Assembly: GCA_022614805.1 (NCBI GenBank)
Contig: JAKEHY010000002.1
Span: forward strand, 4,726 to 68,725
DNA from: Candidatus Zixiibacteriota bacterium
GTDB lineage: Bacteria > Zixibacteria > MSB-5A5 > DSPP01
Length of the DNA: 64,000 nucleotides
Direction: 5' to 3'
The notes under the pieces: generated by a model
The model's input: the letters and a program-made list of their open reading frames with translations, nothing else
Database searches by the model: none
What the model was told of the DNA's origin: nothing
Translations under genes and position numbers: made by a program
In this document: in pieces, positions 21,113 through 30,256 of the stretch
Layout: each line of letters starts with the position of its first letter
How positions within the stretch are numbered: the stretch's first letter is position 1

Positions 21113-21904
21113 GTGAGCCCGCACGCCGGCATTTACAAAAACCCCCGCTGGTACGATATCGCTTTCAGCTTCCGCAACATCAAGAAAGAATGCGATTTCT
21201 TGACCGCTTGCGTCAAAAAGTTTTCCGGCCGAAAGCTTTCTTCCGTGGTGGAAATGGCCGCCGGCCCCGCTTCCCACTCCATTGAGTTCGGCCGCCGCGG
21301 CCTGACGGTCTATGCCTTGGACAAATCGGCGGAAATGCTCGCCTATGCTCGTCAAAAAGCGAAAACGGAGAAAAGTCGGGTGCATTTCCTGAAAAAGGAT
21401 ATGCGCCGTTTCTGGCTGCCCCGAAAAGTGGATCTGGCCCTTTCGATGATGGACTCGCTCACCTATCTTTTGACCGACGGGGAAATCCTGACCCACCTTA
21501 AAACGGTGGCAGCTAATCTGAAACCGGAAGGAATTTTCGTTTTGGAGCTGATTCACCCGCGCGATTTTTTTACCCAAAAGGTTTCCTTCGGCCCGGTCTG
21601 GAAGGTCGCCAGAAACGGAACCAAAGTCGTGGTCAACTGGGGGGATTTCACCGACCGCCAGGTTGACCCCCTTTCGCAGGTGGTGCGGGTCTGGGCCGAT
21701 TTGGTGGTGGAAGAAAACGGCAAAAAGTTCCACCTCCGTTCGCTCGCTCCGGAAAGGATGCTGACCTTGTCCGAACTGAAACTTCTGGTGCGCGTCTCCG
21801 GAGTTTTTAAAATCGTCGCCCTTTTGGGGGATTTGGACTTCCGTCAGAAGCTGGACAATTCCCGCCGCTCCTCCCAGATGGTGGCGGTGCTGAAGAAAAT
21901 TTGA
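21113..21904 (+). CDS. Class I SAM-dependent methyltransferase
   Basis: Motif I-like VVEMAAGPASHS about 45 aa from the N-terminus; GTG start. Confidence 0.6.
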   Translation: MSPHAGIYKNPRWYDIAFSFRNIKKECDFLTACVKKFSGRKLSSVVEMAAGPASHSIEFGRRGLTVYALDKSAEMLAYARQKAKTEKSRVHFLKKDMRRFWLPRKVDLALSMMDSLTYLLTDGEILTHLKTVAANLKPEGIFVLELIHPRDFFTQKVSFGPVWKVARNGTKVVVNWGDFTDRQVDPLSQVVRVWADLVVEENGKKFHLRSLAPERMLTLSELKLLVRVSGVFKIVALLGDLDFRQKLDNSRRSSQMVAVLKKI

Positions 21905-22046
21905 ACTAAATCGTTCGTTGAGCCGCCGTCAAAATCGAACCGTGAGAAGAAATCTTCGCTGATACAGCTAACTTCCCGGCTGCTCCGAAGTTTCCGGAAA
22001 AATCAGCTTCATCCAAATCACTGCGTCCGTGCCTTTTTTTGCTTAA

Positions 22047-23168
22047 TTACAACCCCTTTTCCCAAATCCGGTATTTTTTGTAGAGCTTGGCGCCCCAGAC
22101 CTCGGCGATGCGGTTCATCATATAGTTGTCCTCCAAAACCCAGGACATTTCCCCCGTCGTGTACCCTTTTTTGACGCCGATGAAATAGGTGTCGGTGGTC
22201 AGCACGTTGTCAATCCCCCGCTTGCGGTACTCCGGAATAATCCCCATCGTAATGGTGCGGCCGGTGGTGATTTTTCTTTTCACCTTGGTGTGCCACCAGA
22301 GCTTGAGAAACCCGAAGGGAAGAAGGCGTCCCTTCAACCGGATTAAGACCTGGTTGATATCCGGCAGGGTGAGGGAAAATCCGACCGGCACTCCGTCCAC
22401 CTCGGCAATGAAAACCAAATCCGGGTCTACCAAGGGCTTCATCTTTTGGGCGGCGTTTTCGAACTCGGCGTCGGTCATCGGCACGAACCCCCAGTTTTTC
22501 TCCCAGGCCTGGTTGTAAATCGCCTTGACGATTTTCACCTCGTCGGCGAAGTTTTTCATCCGCAAATTCCGCACCCGCACCTCTTCTTTTTCTTTCACCT
22601 TTTGGGCCACCCGCACCATCCTTTCCGGGGGACGGTTTTCCTCGTCGGTGATGTAGGCGAAGAGGTCTTTGGCTTTGGAAAATCCCAGTTTTTCCATAAG
22701 CTCGTTGTAATAGGGGGGATTGTAGGTCATCATTATCACCGGCGGATATTCGAATCCCTCCAAAAGAAAGCCGACTTCGTCATTGGTGGAAAAATTGGCC
22801 GGCCCGCGCAAAATTTCCATTTTTTCTTCCTTCGCGGCGGTTTCGACTTTTTCCATCAAGGCGGCGGCCGAGGGCAAATCGTTTTCGCACTCGAAAAAGC
22901 CGAAGAAATAAACTTTTTCGCCGTGAAAGCCGTTATGGGCCTCGTTCAAAATCCCCGCCACCCGGCCGGCCGGTTTTCCGTCGTTGTAGGCCATAAAGTA
23001 GCGCACCCGGGCGTGCTGGAAAAACGGGTTTTCGGCCGGGTTGAAAAAAGCTTTCCGTTCGGCCAGAAGGGGCGGCACCCAGAGGGGGTCGTTTTTATAA
23101 AATTTATAAGGGAATTTTATGAATTCGGAGAGATTGCCCGGCGCCAGTTCCCGGACTTGCACCATCAA
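22047..23168 (-). CDS. GNAT-like N-acyltransferase family protein (candidate bacterial ceramide synthase)
   Basis: 373 aa; acyl-CoA N-acyltransferase-like C-terminal half; translationally coupled (4-nt overlap) to the upstream Spt-like gene. Confidence 0.55.
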   Translation of the reverse strand: MMVQVRELAPGNLSEFIKFPYKFYKNDPLWVPPLLAERKAFFNPAENPFFQHARVRYFMAYNDGKPAGRVAGILNEAHNGFHGEKVYFFGFFECENDLPSAAALMEKVETAAKEEKMEILRGPANFSTNDEVGFLLEGFEYPPVIMMTYNPPYYNELMEKLGFSKAKDLFAYITDEENRPPERMVRVAQKVKEKEEVRVRNLRMKNFADEVKIVKAIYNQAWEKNWGFVPMTDAEFENAAQKMKPLVDPDLVFIAEVDGVPVGFSLTLPDINQVLIRLKGRLLPFGFLKLWWHTKVKRKITTGRTITMGIIPEYRKRGIDNVLTTDTYFIGVKKGYTTGEMSWVLEDNYMMNRIAEVWGAKLYKKYRIWEKGL

Positions 23169-24346
23169 ATAATCCCGAAGGCCTTCCCCAGTTTCTTGAA
23201 GGTCTCCAGGACGAAATCCAACTGGTCGTCCGTATGCGTGGCGGTGTAGCTGGTGCGGATTAAAGCCTTCCCCGGCGGGGTGGCCGGAGAGATGATGGCG
23301 TTGGCGAAAATCCCCTCGTCCAAAAGCGCCCGCCAGAACTTGAAGGCATCCAGGTCCTCCCCGATATAGACCGGCACGATGGGAGTTTCGGTGGCGCCGA
23401 TGTCGAAACCCAAAAGTTTGAACTCTTTGTGCATCCGGCGGGTGATTTCCCAGAGCCTTTCCCGGCGCTCCGGCTCCGATTCGACGATGTCCAGGGCGGC
23501 AAGCACGGCCGCCACGGCGGCGGGGGGGATGGACGCGGAGAAAATCAGTTCGCGCGAAACATGCTTGATGTACTCGATCACCGGGCGCTCGCCGGCGATA
23601 AAGCCCCCCAAAGAGGCGAAGGACTTGGAAAAAGTCCCCATAATCAAATCCACTTCCTCCTCCAGCCCGAAGTGTTCGGCGGTTCCCCGGCCGTGCTTCC
23701 CCAAAACGCCGACGGCGTGGGCGTCGTCCACCAGCAGGCGGGCCTTGTGTTTTTTGGCCAGCTTGACCACTTCCGGAAGCTTGACGATATCCCCTTCCAT
23801 CGAAAAAACGCCGTCTGTCACCACCAGTTTGCCGGCATCGTGGTCGATTTTGGACAGAATCCGGCCCAAATCCTCCATATCGTTGTGGGTGAACTTTATG
23901 GTCTTGCCGAACGACAGCCGGCAGCCATCCACGATGGAGGCGTGGTCGGCCCGGTCGGCAATCACGTAATCCCCCTTGCCGACCAGGGCTGAAATGGAGC
24001 CCAAGTTGGTTTGAAAACCGGTGGAAAATGTGAGGGCGGCTTCCTTTTTCACAAATTTCGCCAGCCGGCGTTCCAGTTCAAGGTGCAAATCGAGCGTGCC
24101 GTTCAAGAACCGGCTCCCCGTGCAGCCGGAGCCGTACTTCAAGGCCGCCTGGGCGGCGGCCTCCTTCACTTTGGGATGGGAGACCAGCCCGAGATAGTTG
24201 TTGGAGCCAATCATCAAAAGCTTTTTCCCGTCCATCATCACCTCCGTGCCCAAAGCCGACGAGATGGGATGAAAATAGGGATAGAGCCCGGCTTTTTGAA
24301 CTTTTTCCGCCCGGGTGTCGTTATAACATTTGGTAAAAAGATCCAT
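23165..24346 (-). CDS. spt: Alpha-oxoamine synthase, serine palmitoyltransferase-like (PLP-dependent)
   Basis: 393 aa; PLP-lysine motif [13 protein letters not shown]. Blocks [29 protein letters not shown] and [12 protein letters not shown] closely parallel Sphingomonas SPT. Confidence 0.8.
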   Translation of the reverse strand: MDLFTKCYNDTRAEKVQKAGLYPYFHPISSALGTEVMMDGKKLLMIGSNNYLGLVSHPKVKEAAAQAALKYGSGCTGSRFLNGTLDLHLELERRLAKFVKKEAALTFSTGFQTNLGSISALVGKGDYVIADRADHASIVDGCRLSFGKTIKFTHNDMEDLGRILSKIDHDAGKLVVTDGVFSMEGDIVKLPEVVKLAKKHKARLLVDDAHAVGVLGKHGRGTAEHFGLEEEVDLIMGTFSKSFASLGGFIAGERPVIEYIKHVSRELIFSASIPPAAVAAVLAALDIVESEPERRERLWEITRRMHKEFKLLGFDIGATETPIVPVYIGEDLDAFKFWRALLDEGIFANAIISPATPPGKALIRTSYTATHTDDQLDFVLETFKKLGKAFGII

Positions 24347-24434
24347 ACGCTATCGCTTTTTTTCCTCGCTCCCGTTAATTGAAAGCTTTATCTTAACGGC
24401 TGGCCGAATATATGTCAAGCCAAGCGAAGCGGCA

Positions 24435-25427
24435 ATGAAAAAAGCCCTGGTCACCGGCGCCACCGGTTTTTTGGGCTCCCACCTCACTGATTTTTTGCTC
24501 AAGAAGGGGTACGAGGTCTCCGTTTTGGCCCGTCCCTCCAGCAAGTGGGACAACCTCGATTTTCCCGGCTATAAAAGCATCAGCGGGAGCTTGGACGACC
24601 CCTTGAGTTTGCGAAAGGCGGTCGAGGGGCAGGATTTTGTTTTTCATGCCGCCGGACTGATTCGCGCCCGCAGCCGGGAGGAATTTTTTGAAGTGAACCA
24701 TCTGGGCACCCAAAAGGTTTTGGAGGCGGTAGCCTATGCCAATCCCAAACTTTCCCGCTTTGTGTACGTTTCTTCGATGGCCGCCGCCGGGCCGGCGGAC
24801 GAGGGGGCGGACAAGCGGCTGAAAAAGGAGAGCGACGTCTGCAATCCCATCACCCCCTACGGCGAATCAAAGTGGGAGGGGGAAATTGAAACGATGCGCT
24901 ACCGGGAGAAATTTCCGGTCACCATCATCCGCCCCCCCGCCATTTACGGCCCCAAGGACAAATCGATGTTCACCTATTTTTGGCTGGCTTCCAAAGGGTT
25001 TTATCCCTTAATCGGCACGGGCGATAGCTACGTCAACATCGTCTGCGTGTACGATTTGGTGGAAGGAATCATCGCCGCCGCCGAGGAGCCCAAGGCGGCC
25101 GGGGAAATTTTTTATCTGGCCGAAAAGCAGGTTTACAGCTGGCGGGAGGCGGGGCAAATAATTGCTTTCGCCTGCGGCAAAGCGGGGCGGGCTCTTCGGA
25201 TTCCAAAATGGCTTTTGTTCACCGCGGGGGAGGCCAACCAGTTTGTCTCCAACCTCTTCGGCAAAGCGGCGCTCATTTCCCGCTGGAAAGCGATTGAATT
25301 GTCCCAAAAGTTCTGGACCTGCGACGTTTCCAAAGCGGAAAAGACCTTCGGCTACCAAACCCGCTATTCCCTGCCGGACGGGGCGGAGGTTACTTGCGAA
25401 TGGTACAAAAAGGCGGGATGGTTGTAA
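24435..25427 (+). CDS. NAD(P)-dependent epimerase/dehydratase family protein (candidate ceramide reductase CerR-like)
   Basis: Start trimmed to the ATG at 24435 (MKKALVTGATGFLGSHL, Rossmann GxxGxxG); extended-SDR YxxxK region present; divergent from the Spt-like gene. Confidence 0.8.
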   Translation: MKKALVTGATGFLGSHLTDFLLKKGYEVSVLARPSSKWDNLDFPGYKSISGSLDDPLSLRKAVEGQDFVFHAAGLIRARSREEFFEVNHLGTQKVLEAVAYANPKLSRFVYVSSMAAAGPADEGADKRLKKESDVCNPITPYGESKWEGEIETMRYREKFPVTIIRPPAIYGPKDKSMFTYFWLASKGFYPLIGTGDSYVNIVCVYDLVEGIIAAAEEPKAAGEIFYLAEKQVYSWREAGQIIAFACGKAGRALRIPKWLLFTAGEANQFVSNLFGKAALISRWKAIELSQKFWTCDVSKAEKTFGYQTRYSLPDGAEVTCEWYKKAGWL

Positions 25428-25458
25428 AAAAAGCGCCCCGATTACGGGGCGCTTTTTG
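25426..25458. terminator. Bidirectional rho-independent terminator (AAAAAAGCGCCCCG-ATTA-CGGGGCGCTTTTTG)
   Basis: Perfect 10-bp GC-rich stem flanked by an A-run and a T-run, between convergent genes. Confidence 0.75.
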
Positions 25459-25479
25459 CTCGTTGATTGGCCGGCGATT

Positions 25480-26016
25480 TCAGTCGCCGGATTTTTTCCC
25501 CCTACCCCGTTTGCGGCCTTCGTCGGCCTTGACCTCCTTGATTCTTTTGGAAAGCAGCCGGTCTCGGCTTTTCTTAGCCGGGCCGTAACCCGGCTTGGCT
25601 TTCAAGGCCAGCTCGTAGCGGGTGCGGGCGTCGCCGTACTTCCCCTGCCGTTCATACACTATCCCGATGTTGTACTGCACCCGGGCCACCCAGACCGGCT
25701 CGTGGTACAGGTCCAAAACGACGTAGTAGTGGTCCAGACAGCGGTCGTAGTAGGAGAGCTCCCGATAGCAGTCCGCCAGGTAGTAGTGCGCTTCCCAATA
25801 GGACGGGTCCTGCTCGATGCACAGTTCGAACTGCAGGGCCGCCCGGCTGTAGTAGCCCCTTTCGTACAGCCGCATTCCGTTGCGGAAGTGAACCCGCGCG
25901 GCCTGGATATGCCCCGGCGTGCTTTCCGCCACCACCACGGCGTGGGTATAGCCACCGCAACCCAACCCCACCGTGCTCATTATCGAAACCAGCCCCCAGA
26001 GAATAATCCTGCGCAT
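25480..26016 (-). CDS. TPR-repeat lipoprotein
   Basis: Signal peptide with lipobox (…STVGLGCGG); Tyr-rich TPR-like helices; basic C-terminal tail. Confidence 0.6.
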   Translation of the reverse strand: MRRIILWGLVSIMSTVGLGCGGYTHAVVVAESTPGHIQAARVHFRNGMRLYERGYYSRAALQFELCIEQDPSYWEAHYYLADCYRELSYYDRCLDHYYVVLDLYHEPVWVARVQYNIGIVYERQGKYGDARTRYELALKAKPGYGPAKKSRDRLLSKRIKEVKADEGRKRGRGKKSGD

Positions 26017-26212
26017 ATAACCTCCTTTGTTTTGCGGTTTGTGCCAAACAAAAGCCCGCTTGGCAGGATTTGGTGCTGCTTCTAACTATATTATACCCCT
26101 AACCATTCGAGGCAGTTCGTTTTTGTGGTTTTTAGTTGGGAGTCAAGGGGTTACAGTGTTTTTTAGTGAAGCGAAATGTGGGGATGACTGTAAAGGGTAA
26201 TTTCTTGTTAAA

Positions 26213-26905
26213 CTACTCTATTTTGTCAGATTTTTGAAGGTTGTGGCGTGCGCATAACAACTTTACATTGGCAGTCGTGATGCTCGTACCTCCTTTGGAA
26301 TAAGGTAAATCATGGTCAAAATGCAGTTCATCATCTGCCCCACATATCACACATTTACCTCCATCTCGTTTCCATACTGCTTTTTTAACTTCTGAAGGGA
26401 TTAGTCTTGAACGTGGAACTAATGACACCGCTTGGTTGGTTTCCAATTGTTGCAAACCGCTGTGTGTAAGGATAAATCTGAAAACTTTACGCTTACCGTC
26501 TTCCACGATTTTGTAATCAACCAAATCGAAAATCCCCTTAAGCGACCATACCCCTGAAATGACTTTTTCGTAAACTTTTACTCGCTCCGGCTTTTGCTTT
26601 CCACTTTTGTAGTTTGCAATACTTTTAACAAAGAGACCATTGGGGGTAGGTCGTCCGGATGGATACTCGAGGGATTGATCAATGTTTTTTGGGTCTATTC
26701 TTGTTGAGGTTTTGGCAATGTCGTGCCCTTCATATTCAATTGTTAAGCCATTCTCATAAATTTTGTTGTTATAGGAGGCATTTTTCCTTTGGGACATTAG
26801 AATGACTGAATAATTTGGATTGAGTCGAAAATTCATACCCCTTTGAAGAGTTTGAACATTTTCTTTACCACACATTTCCCGGTAGCTTAGAATTTCATCA
26901 AGCAT
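26213..26905 (-). CDS. HNH endonuclease with N-terminal SRA/YDG-like domain (putative modification-dependent Type IV restriction enzyme), low-GC island
   Basis: C-terminal HNH motif CVICGADDELHFDHDLPYSKGG…NVKLLCARHNLQKSDK. N-terminal ~170 aa with YSVILMS…YENG…YEGHD and PERVKVYEKV…GIFDLVDYKIV patterns reminiscent of SRA domains. GC is markedly lower than the flanks. Confidence 0.7.
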   Translation of the reverse strand: MLDEILSYREMCGKENVQTLQRGMNFRLNPNYSVILMSQRKNASYNNKIYENGLTIEYEGHDIAKTSTRIDPKNIDQSLEYPSGRPTPNGLFVKSIANYKSGKQKPERVKVYEKVISGVWSLKGIFDLVDYKIVEDGKRKVFRFILTHSGLQQLETNQAVSLVPRSRLIPSEVKKAVWKRDGGKCVICGADDELHFDHDLPYSKGGTSITTANVKLLCARHNLQKSDKIE

Positions 26906-26942
26906 AAAAATTTTAGGAGGGCATTACGCATTTATCCGTTTT

Positions 26943-27380
26943 CTACTTTTGCAACACTTTCTCCCGACAATACCCGTACAAGGCATCATAAACAATAAAC
27001 TCTTTTTCCAAAATCTCGTGGTCGTTTTTCAGGCCCAGCTTTTGAAACCCTTCGGCGATGGCTTTCAGGCCCGGGGCTTCCGGACGGCCGTATAAATCGG
27101 ATTGCACGTCGGCGCCGTGGACGATTTGGGCCAAAAGCTCGATGGCGGGGTCGTGGATGTGATATTTGGCCACAATCGCCTCAAAGCTGCATTTGCCATC
27201 GTGATGCCCCAGCTCCACGCCGGGAGCATCGAAGGGGATTGCCCCCTCCTTTTCGGCCATCTCCGGCACTTTTTCCGCGGGAACAAACAGGAATTCCGCC
27301 TTCGGGTCCACGAATTTGCGTATCAGCCAGGGACAGGCGACCCTGTCCACTTTGACCTTTTCGCGAGTTATCCATTTCAT
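26943..27380 (-). CDS. ChrB C-terminal domain-like protein (chromate-resistance-associated, rhodanese-like)
   Basis: 145 aa, MKWITREKVKVDRVACPWLIRKFVDPKAEFLFVP… resembles PF09828 family members. Confidence 0.45.
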   Translation of the reverse strand: MKWITREKVKVDRVACPWLIRKFVDPKAEFLFVPAEKVPEMAEKEGAIPFDAPGVELGHHDGKCSFEAIVAKYHIHDPAIELLAQIVHGADVQSDLYGRPEAPGLKAIAEGFQKLGLKNDHEILEKEFIVYDALYGYCREKVLQK

Positions 27381-27471
27381 TTTGCCTCCTTTTCCGCCTT
27401 GACGTCTGCAATTTAAGCAATCGTTGGATTTGTAACAACAATGTGGGGGCAGACTTACGTATCCCTTCGAC

Positions 27472-27674
27472 GGGCGAACGCCGTTCGCCCCTATGGTTCA
27501 TATTGCAAACGTAGGGGTTTGATTAATCAAACCCCTACAAACCTCTCTTTAATCCTCCCCTACAAGGGGAGGAGATTATTTGTTCAATTTTGGTGTTTTA
27601 TTGGAGCAAGCTAATGTGTCAGCCCAGAGGGCGAACACATCGGTTCCCCCCTACAGGGTTGACGCAGGGGGAGG
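27472..27674. repeat. Cluster of four or more REP-like palindromes with a CCCCTAC(A/G) / GTAGGGG motif upstream of queD
   Basis: GGGCGAACGCCGTTCGCCCCTATGG (27472-27496); GTAGGGGTTTGATTAATCAAACCCCTACAA (27511-27540); CCTCCCCTACAAGGGGAGG (27555-27573); GGGCGAACACATCGGTTCCCCCCTACAGGG…CAGGGGGAGG (27629-27674). Confidence 0.5.
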
Positions 27675-27731
27675 TTTTGCGGATATTGACAGGGGAAAAA
27701 GACTTTTTTATGGATAACAATTAGAGGAATT

Positions 27732-28097
27732 ATGTACGAAATTTCTGTCTCGACAAGCTTTGCCGCCTCCCACCATCTGGTGGGCTACAACGGGGAATGC
27801 GCCCGCGACCACGGCCACAACTGGAAGGCCGAGGCGGTGGTGGCGGCGGGCGGCCTGGACGATGTCGGGATAGCCATCGATTTCAAGGCGGTCAAGAAAT
27901 TGCTGGAGGAAATCACCGAGCCGTTCGACCATCGAAATTTGAACGAGCTGCCGCAGTTTGATCAAAAGAACCCAACCTCCGAGAACCTGGCGGCCTGGAT
28001 TTATGGGGAGATGGAAAAGCGGCTGCCGGCCGGGGTCAAGCCGCTGCGCGTGCGGGTTTGGGAAACGGAAAAATACGCGGTCACCTATTCGAAATGA
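27732..28097 (+). CDS. queD: 6-carboxy-5,6,7,8-tetrahydropterin synthase QueD
   Basis: 121 aa; PTPS-family motifs (SHHLVGYNGECARDHGHNW, FDHRNLNE). Confidence 0.9.
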   Translation: MYEISVSTSFAASHHLVGYNGECARDHGHNWKAEAVVAAGGLDDVGIAIDFKAVKKLLEEITEPFDHRNLNELPQFDQKNPTSENLAAWIYGEMEKRLPAGVKPLRVRVWETEKYAVTYSK

Positions 28098-28735
28098 GCT
28101 TGAAAGTCAACGAAATTTATTTTTCCATTCAGGGAGAATCTTCCTATGCCGGACTTCCCTGCGTCTTCGTCCGGCTGACCGGCTGCAATTTGCGCTGCGT
28201 CTGGTGCGACACGGAATACGCCTTTTACGAAGGGGAGTGGAAATCACTCGACCAAATCGTGGCGGAAGTGGCCCAGTTCGGCTGCCGGTTGGTCGAATTG
28301 ACCGGCGGGGAGCCGCTTTTGCAGAAGGAAAGTTTTGCTTTGGTGGATAAATTAGTCGAAGCCGGTTTCAAAGTGCTCATCGAAACAAGCGGCTCGATAA
28401 CGCTTGCCAAACTGAACCCGGAGGCGGTTAAAATAATGGACATCAAGTGCCCCGGCAGCCAAATGGCGCACAAAAACTGCTGGGAGAATATCGATTATCT
28501 GACGCCAAAGGACGAGGTGAAATTCGTTTTGGCCGACCGGGCGGATTACGACTGGGCCGTCGAGGTTATGCGCAAGCATCAGTTGGACAAAAAGGCGAGC
28601 GTGCTTTTTTCCACCGTTTTCGGCCAACTGGAACCGGTGAAAGTGGTCGAATGGATTTTGCAAGACAAACTGCCGGTGCGCTTTCAACTGCAGATGCACA
28701 AGTTCATCTGGCATCCGGAGATGCGGGGCGTATGA
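28094..28735 (+). CDS. queE: 7-carboxy-7-deazaguanine synthase QueE (radical SAM)
   Basis: Start trimmed to the ATG at 28094 (ATGA overlap with the queD stop). CNLRCVWCDTEY cysteine motif. Confidence 0.9.
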   Translation: MSLKVNEIYFSIQGESSYAGLPCVFVRLTGCNLRCVWCDTEYAFYEGEWKSLDQIVAEVAQFGCRLVELTGGEPLLQKESFALVDKLVEAGFKVLIETSGSITLAKLNPEAVKIMDIKCPGSQMAHKNCWENIDYLTPKDEVKFVLADRADYDWAVEVMRKHQLDKKASVLFSTVFGQLEPVKVVEWILQDKLPVRFQLQMHKFIWHPEMRGV

Positions 28736-29424
28736 GCAGACCCCTCGAAGTCGTTTTGATAAGCGGCGGGATGGATTCGGCGGTGGCGCTCGGAATGACG
28801 TTGAAGGAGAGGTTTGAAGCCGCTGGGCTGCATTTGAACTACGGGCAGAAGACCGAAAAGCGGGAAGTGCGTGCGTTTAAGGAGATTTGCGATTTTTATG
28901 GCATCGAGAAGCGTCTCGTCGTTTCCCTTCCCTATTTCCGGCAAATCGGCGGCTCCAGTTTGACGGATGAGAAAATTCCGGTTTCGACTTCCGGCATCGA
29001 CCCACAGGGAATTCCCAGCTCCTACGTGCCGTTCCGAAATGCCCACGGTTTGTCGATAGCGACCTCGTGGGCCGAAGTTTTAGGCGCTTCCCGCATCGTC
29101 ATTGGCGCGGTGGAAGAGGACAGCTCCGGCTATCCCGATTGCCGGGAGGTTTTCTATAAAGCTTTTGAACAGGCGATTCGCTTGGGGACCAAGCCGAAAA
29201 CGAAAATCGAAATCGCTACCCCTGTGATTCATTTTTCCAAAGCGGAAATCGTCCGCAAAGGGAGCGAGTTGGGAGTGCCGTTCCACTTGACCTGGTCGTG
29301 CTATCAGAACGAAGAGGCGGCCTGCGGGGTGTGCGACAGCTGCCGGCTGCGGCTGAAAGGTTTTGAGGAAGCGGGTGTGGAAGACCCGATTCCCTACAAG
29401 GAGAAAGAGAAAATCTATGCGTGA
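28732..29424 (+). CDS. queC: 7-cyano-7-deazaguanine synthase QueC
   Basis: Start trimmed to the ATG at 28732 (ATGA overlap with the queE stop). PP-loop LISGGMDSAV; C-terminal Zn-binding CxxC…CxxC (CGVCDSC). Confidence 0.9.
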   Translation: MSRPLEVVLISGGMDSAVALGMTLKERFEAAGLHLNYGQKTEKREVRAFKEICDFYGIEKRLVVSLPYFRQIGGSSLTDEKIPVSTSGIDPQGIPSSYVPFRNAHGLSIATSWAEVLGASRIVIGAVEEDSSGYPDCREVFYKAFEQAIRLGTKPKTKIEIATPVIHFSKAEIVRKGSELGVPFHLTWSCYQNEEAACGVCDSCRLRLKGFEEAGVEDPIPYKEKEKIYA

Positions 29425-30244
29425 CTTGCAGAACGAAAAGGATTTGCGCAACATGCCATTAAATCGCGTTGGCATCAAAAACCTGCGCTATCCGGTGGAG
29501 GTTTTGGACCAGAAGGCGGGCCGGCAGAAAACGGTGGCCAACATCTCGATGTTCGTCGATTTGGCCGGAGATTTGCGCGGCACCCACCTTTCCCGCTTTG
29601 TGGAGCTGGTGCACAAGCACAAAGATGAAATCGGAGTATCCAACCTCGCGGCCATTTTGGAAGAGACCAAGGAAGTTTTCGATTCCCGGGATGCTTATCT
29701 GGAACTGGCCTTTCCCTACTTTGTCGAAAAGCAGGCGCCGGTGACGGGCGAGCGGGGGCTTTTGGAATACCGCTCGTTTTTCGCCGCCTATTTGTCGGAT
29801 GCCTACCGCGCCACGGTCGGGGTTTCGGTGCCGGTCACCACCCTGTGCCCCTGTTCCAAGGAGATTTCCTCCGCCGGGGCGCATAATCAAAGAAGCTTGG
29901 TGGGTCTCTGGGTGGAGGCCGCCCGCTTCGTCTGGTTCGAAGACCTCATCGCCCTCGTGGAAGAAAAGGCTTCCTCCGATTTGTTTTCCCTTTTGAAGCG
30001 GGAGGATGAGAAATTCGTGACCGAAAAGGCGTATGCCAATCCCCGCTTTGTAGAGGATTTGGTGCGGGAGGTGGCTTTGGAATTGGAGGGGGACGCGGAG
30101 GTTTCCGGTTTCCGGGTGGAGGTGGAATCGTTGGAATCGATTCACAACCACAACGCCTACGCTTTGGTGGAACGGGGGCAGGTTTTGGGCCCGGCTTCCA
30201 CCATCCCGTTTTGGGCTCCGGAAAAAATCACCACGGCTTTTTAG
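29417..30244 (+). CDS. folE2: GTP cyclohydrolase FolE2/MptA family (GTP cyclohydrolase IB)
   Basis: Start trimmed to the ATG at 29417 (8-nt overlap with queC). Conserved FolE2 regions (…RVGIKNLRYPV…, CPCSKEIS). Confidence 0.8.
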   Translation: MRDLQNEKDLRNMPLNRVGIKNLRYPVEVLDQKAGRQKTVANISMFVDLAGDLRGTHLSRFVELVHKHKDEIGVSNLAAILEETKEVFDSRDAYLELAFPYFVEKQAPVTGERGLLEYRSFFAAYLSDAYRATVGVSVPVTTLCPCSKEISSAGAHNQRSLVGLWVEAARFVWFEDLIALVEEKASSDLFSLLKREDEKFVTEKAYANPRFVEDLVREVALELEGDAEVSGFRVEVESLESIHNHNAYALVERGQVLGPASTIPFWAPEKITTAF

Positions 30245-30256
30245 CCGTGCCGTATG

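Noticed and set aside
20720-21733. 337-aa minus-strand ORF rich in Arg/Gly ([12 protein letters not shown]…)
   Set aside because: Antisense to hutU and the methyltransferase; extreme Arg/Gly content typical of spurious frames in GC-rich DNA.
25162-26085. 307-aa plus-strand ORF spanning the epimerase 3' end, the terminator and the TPR lipoprotein gene
   Set aside because: It crosses a strong bidirectional terminator and is antisense to a signal-peptide-bearing TPR gene; Arg/Pro/Gly-rich.
27440-27700. Possible CRISPR array (repeated CCCCTACAA-containing units)
   Set aside because: Units are not identical; spacing and lengths are irregular; each unit is itself a palindrome with a different stem; no cas genes. 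Interpreted as a REP/BIME-like cluster.
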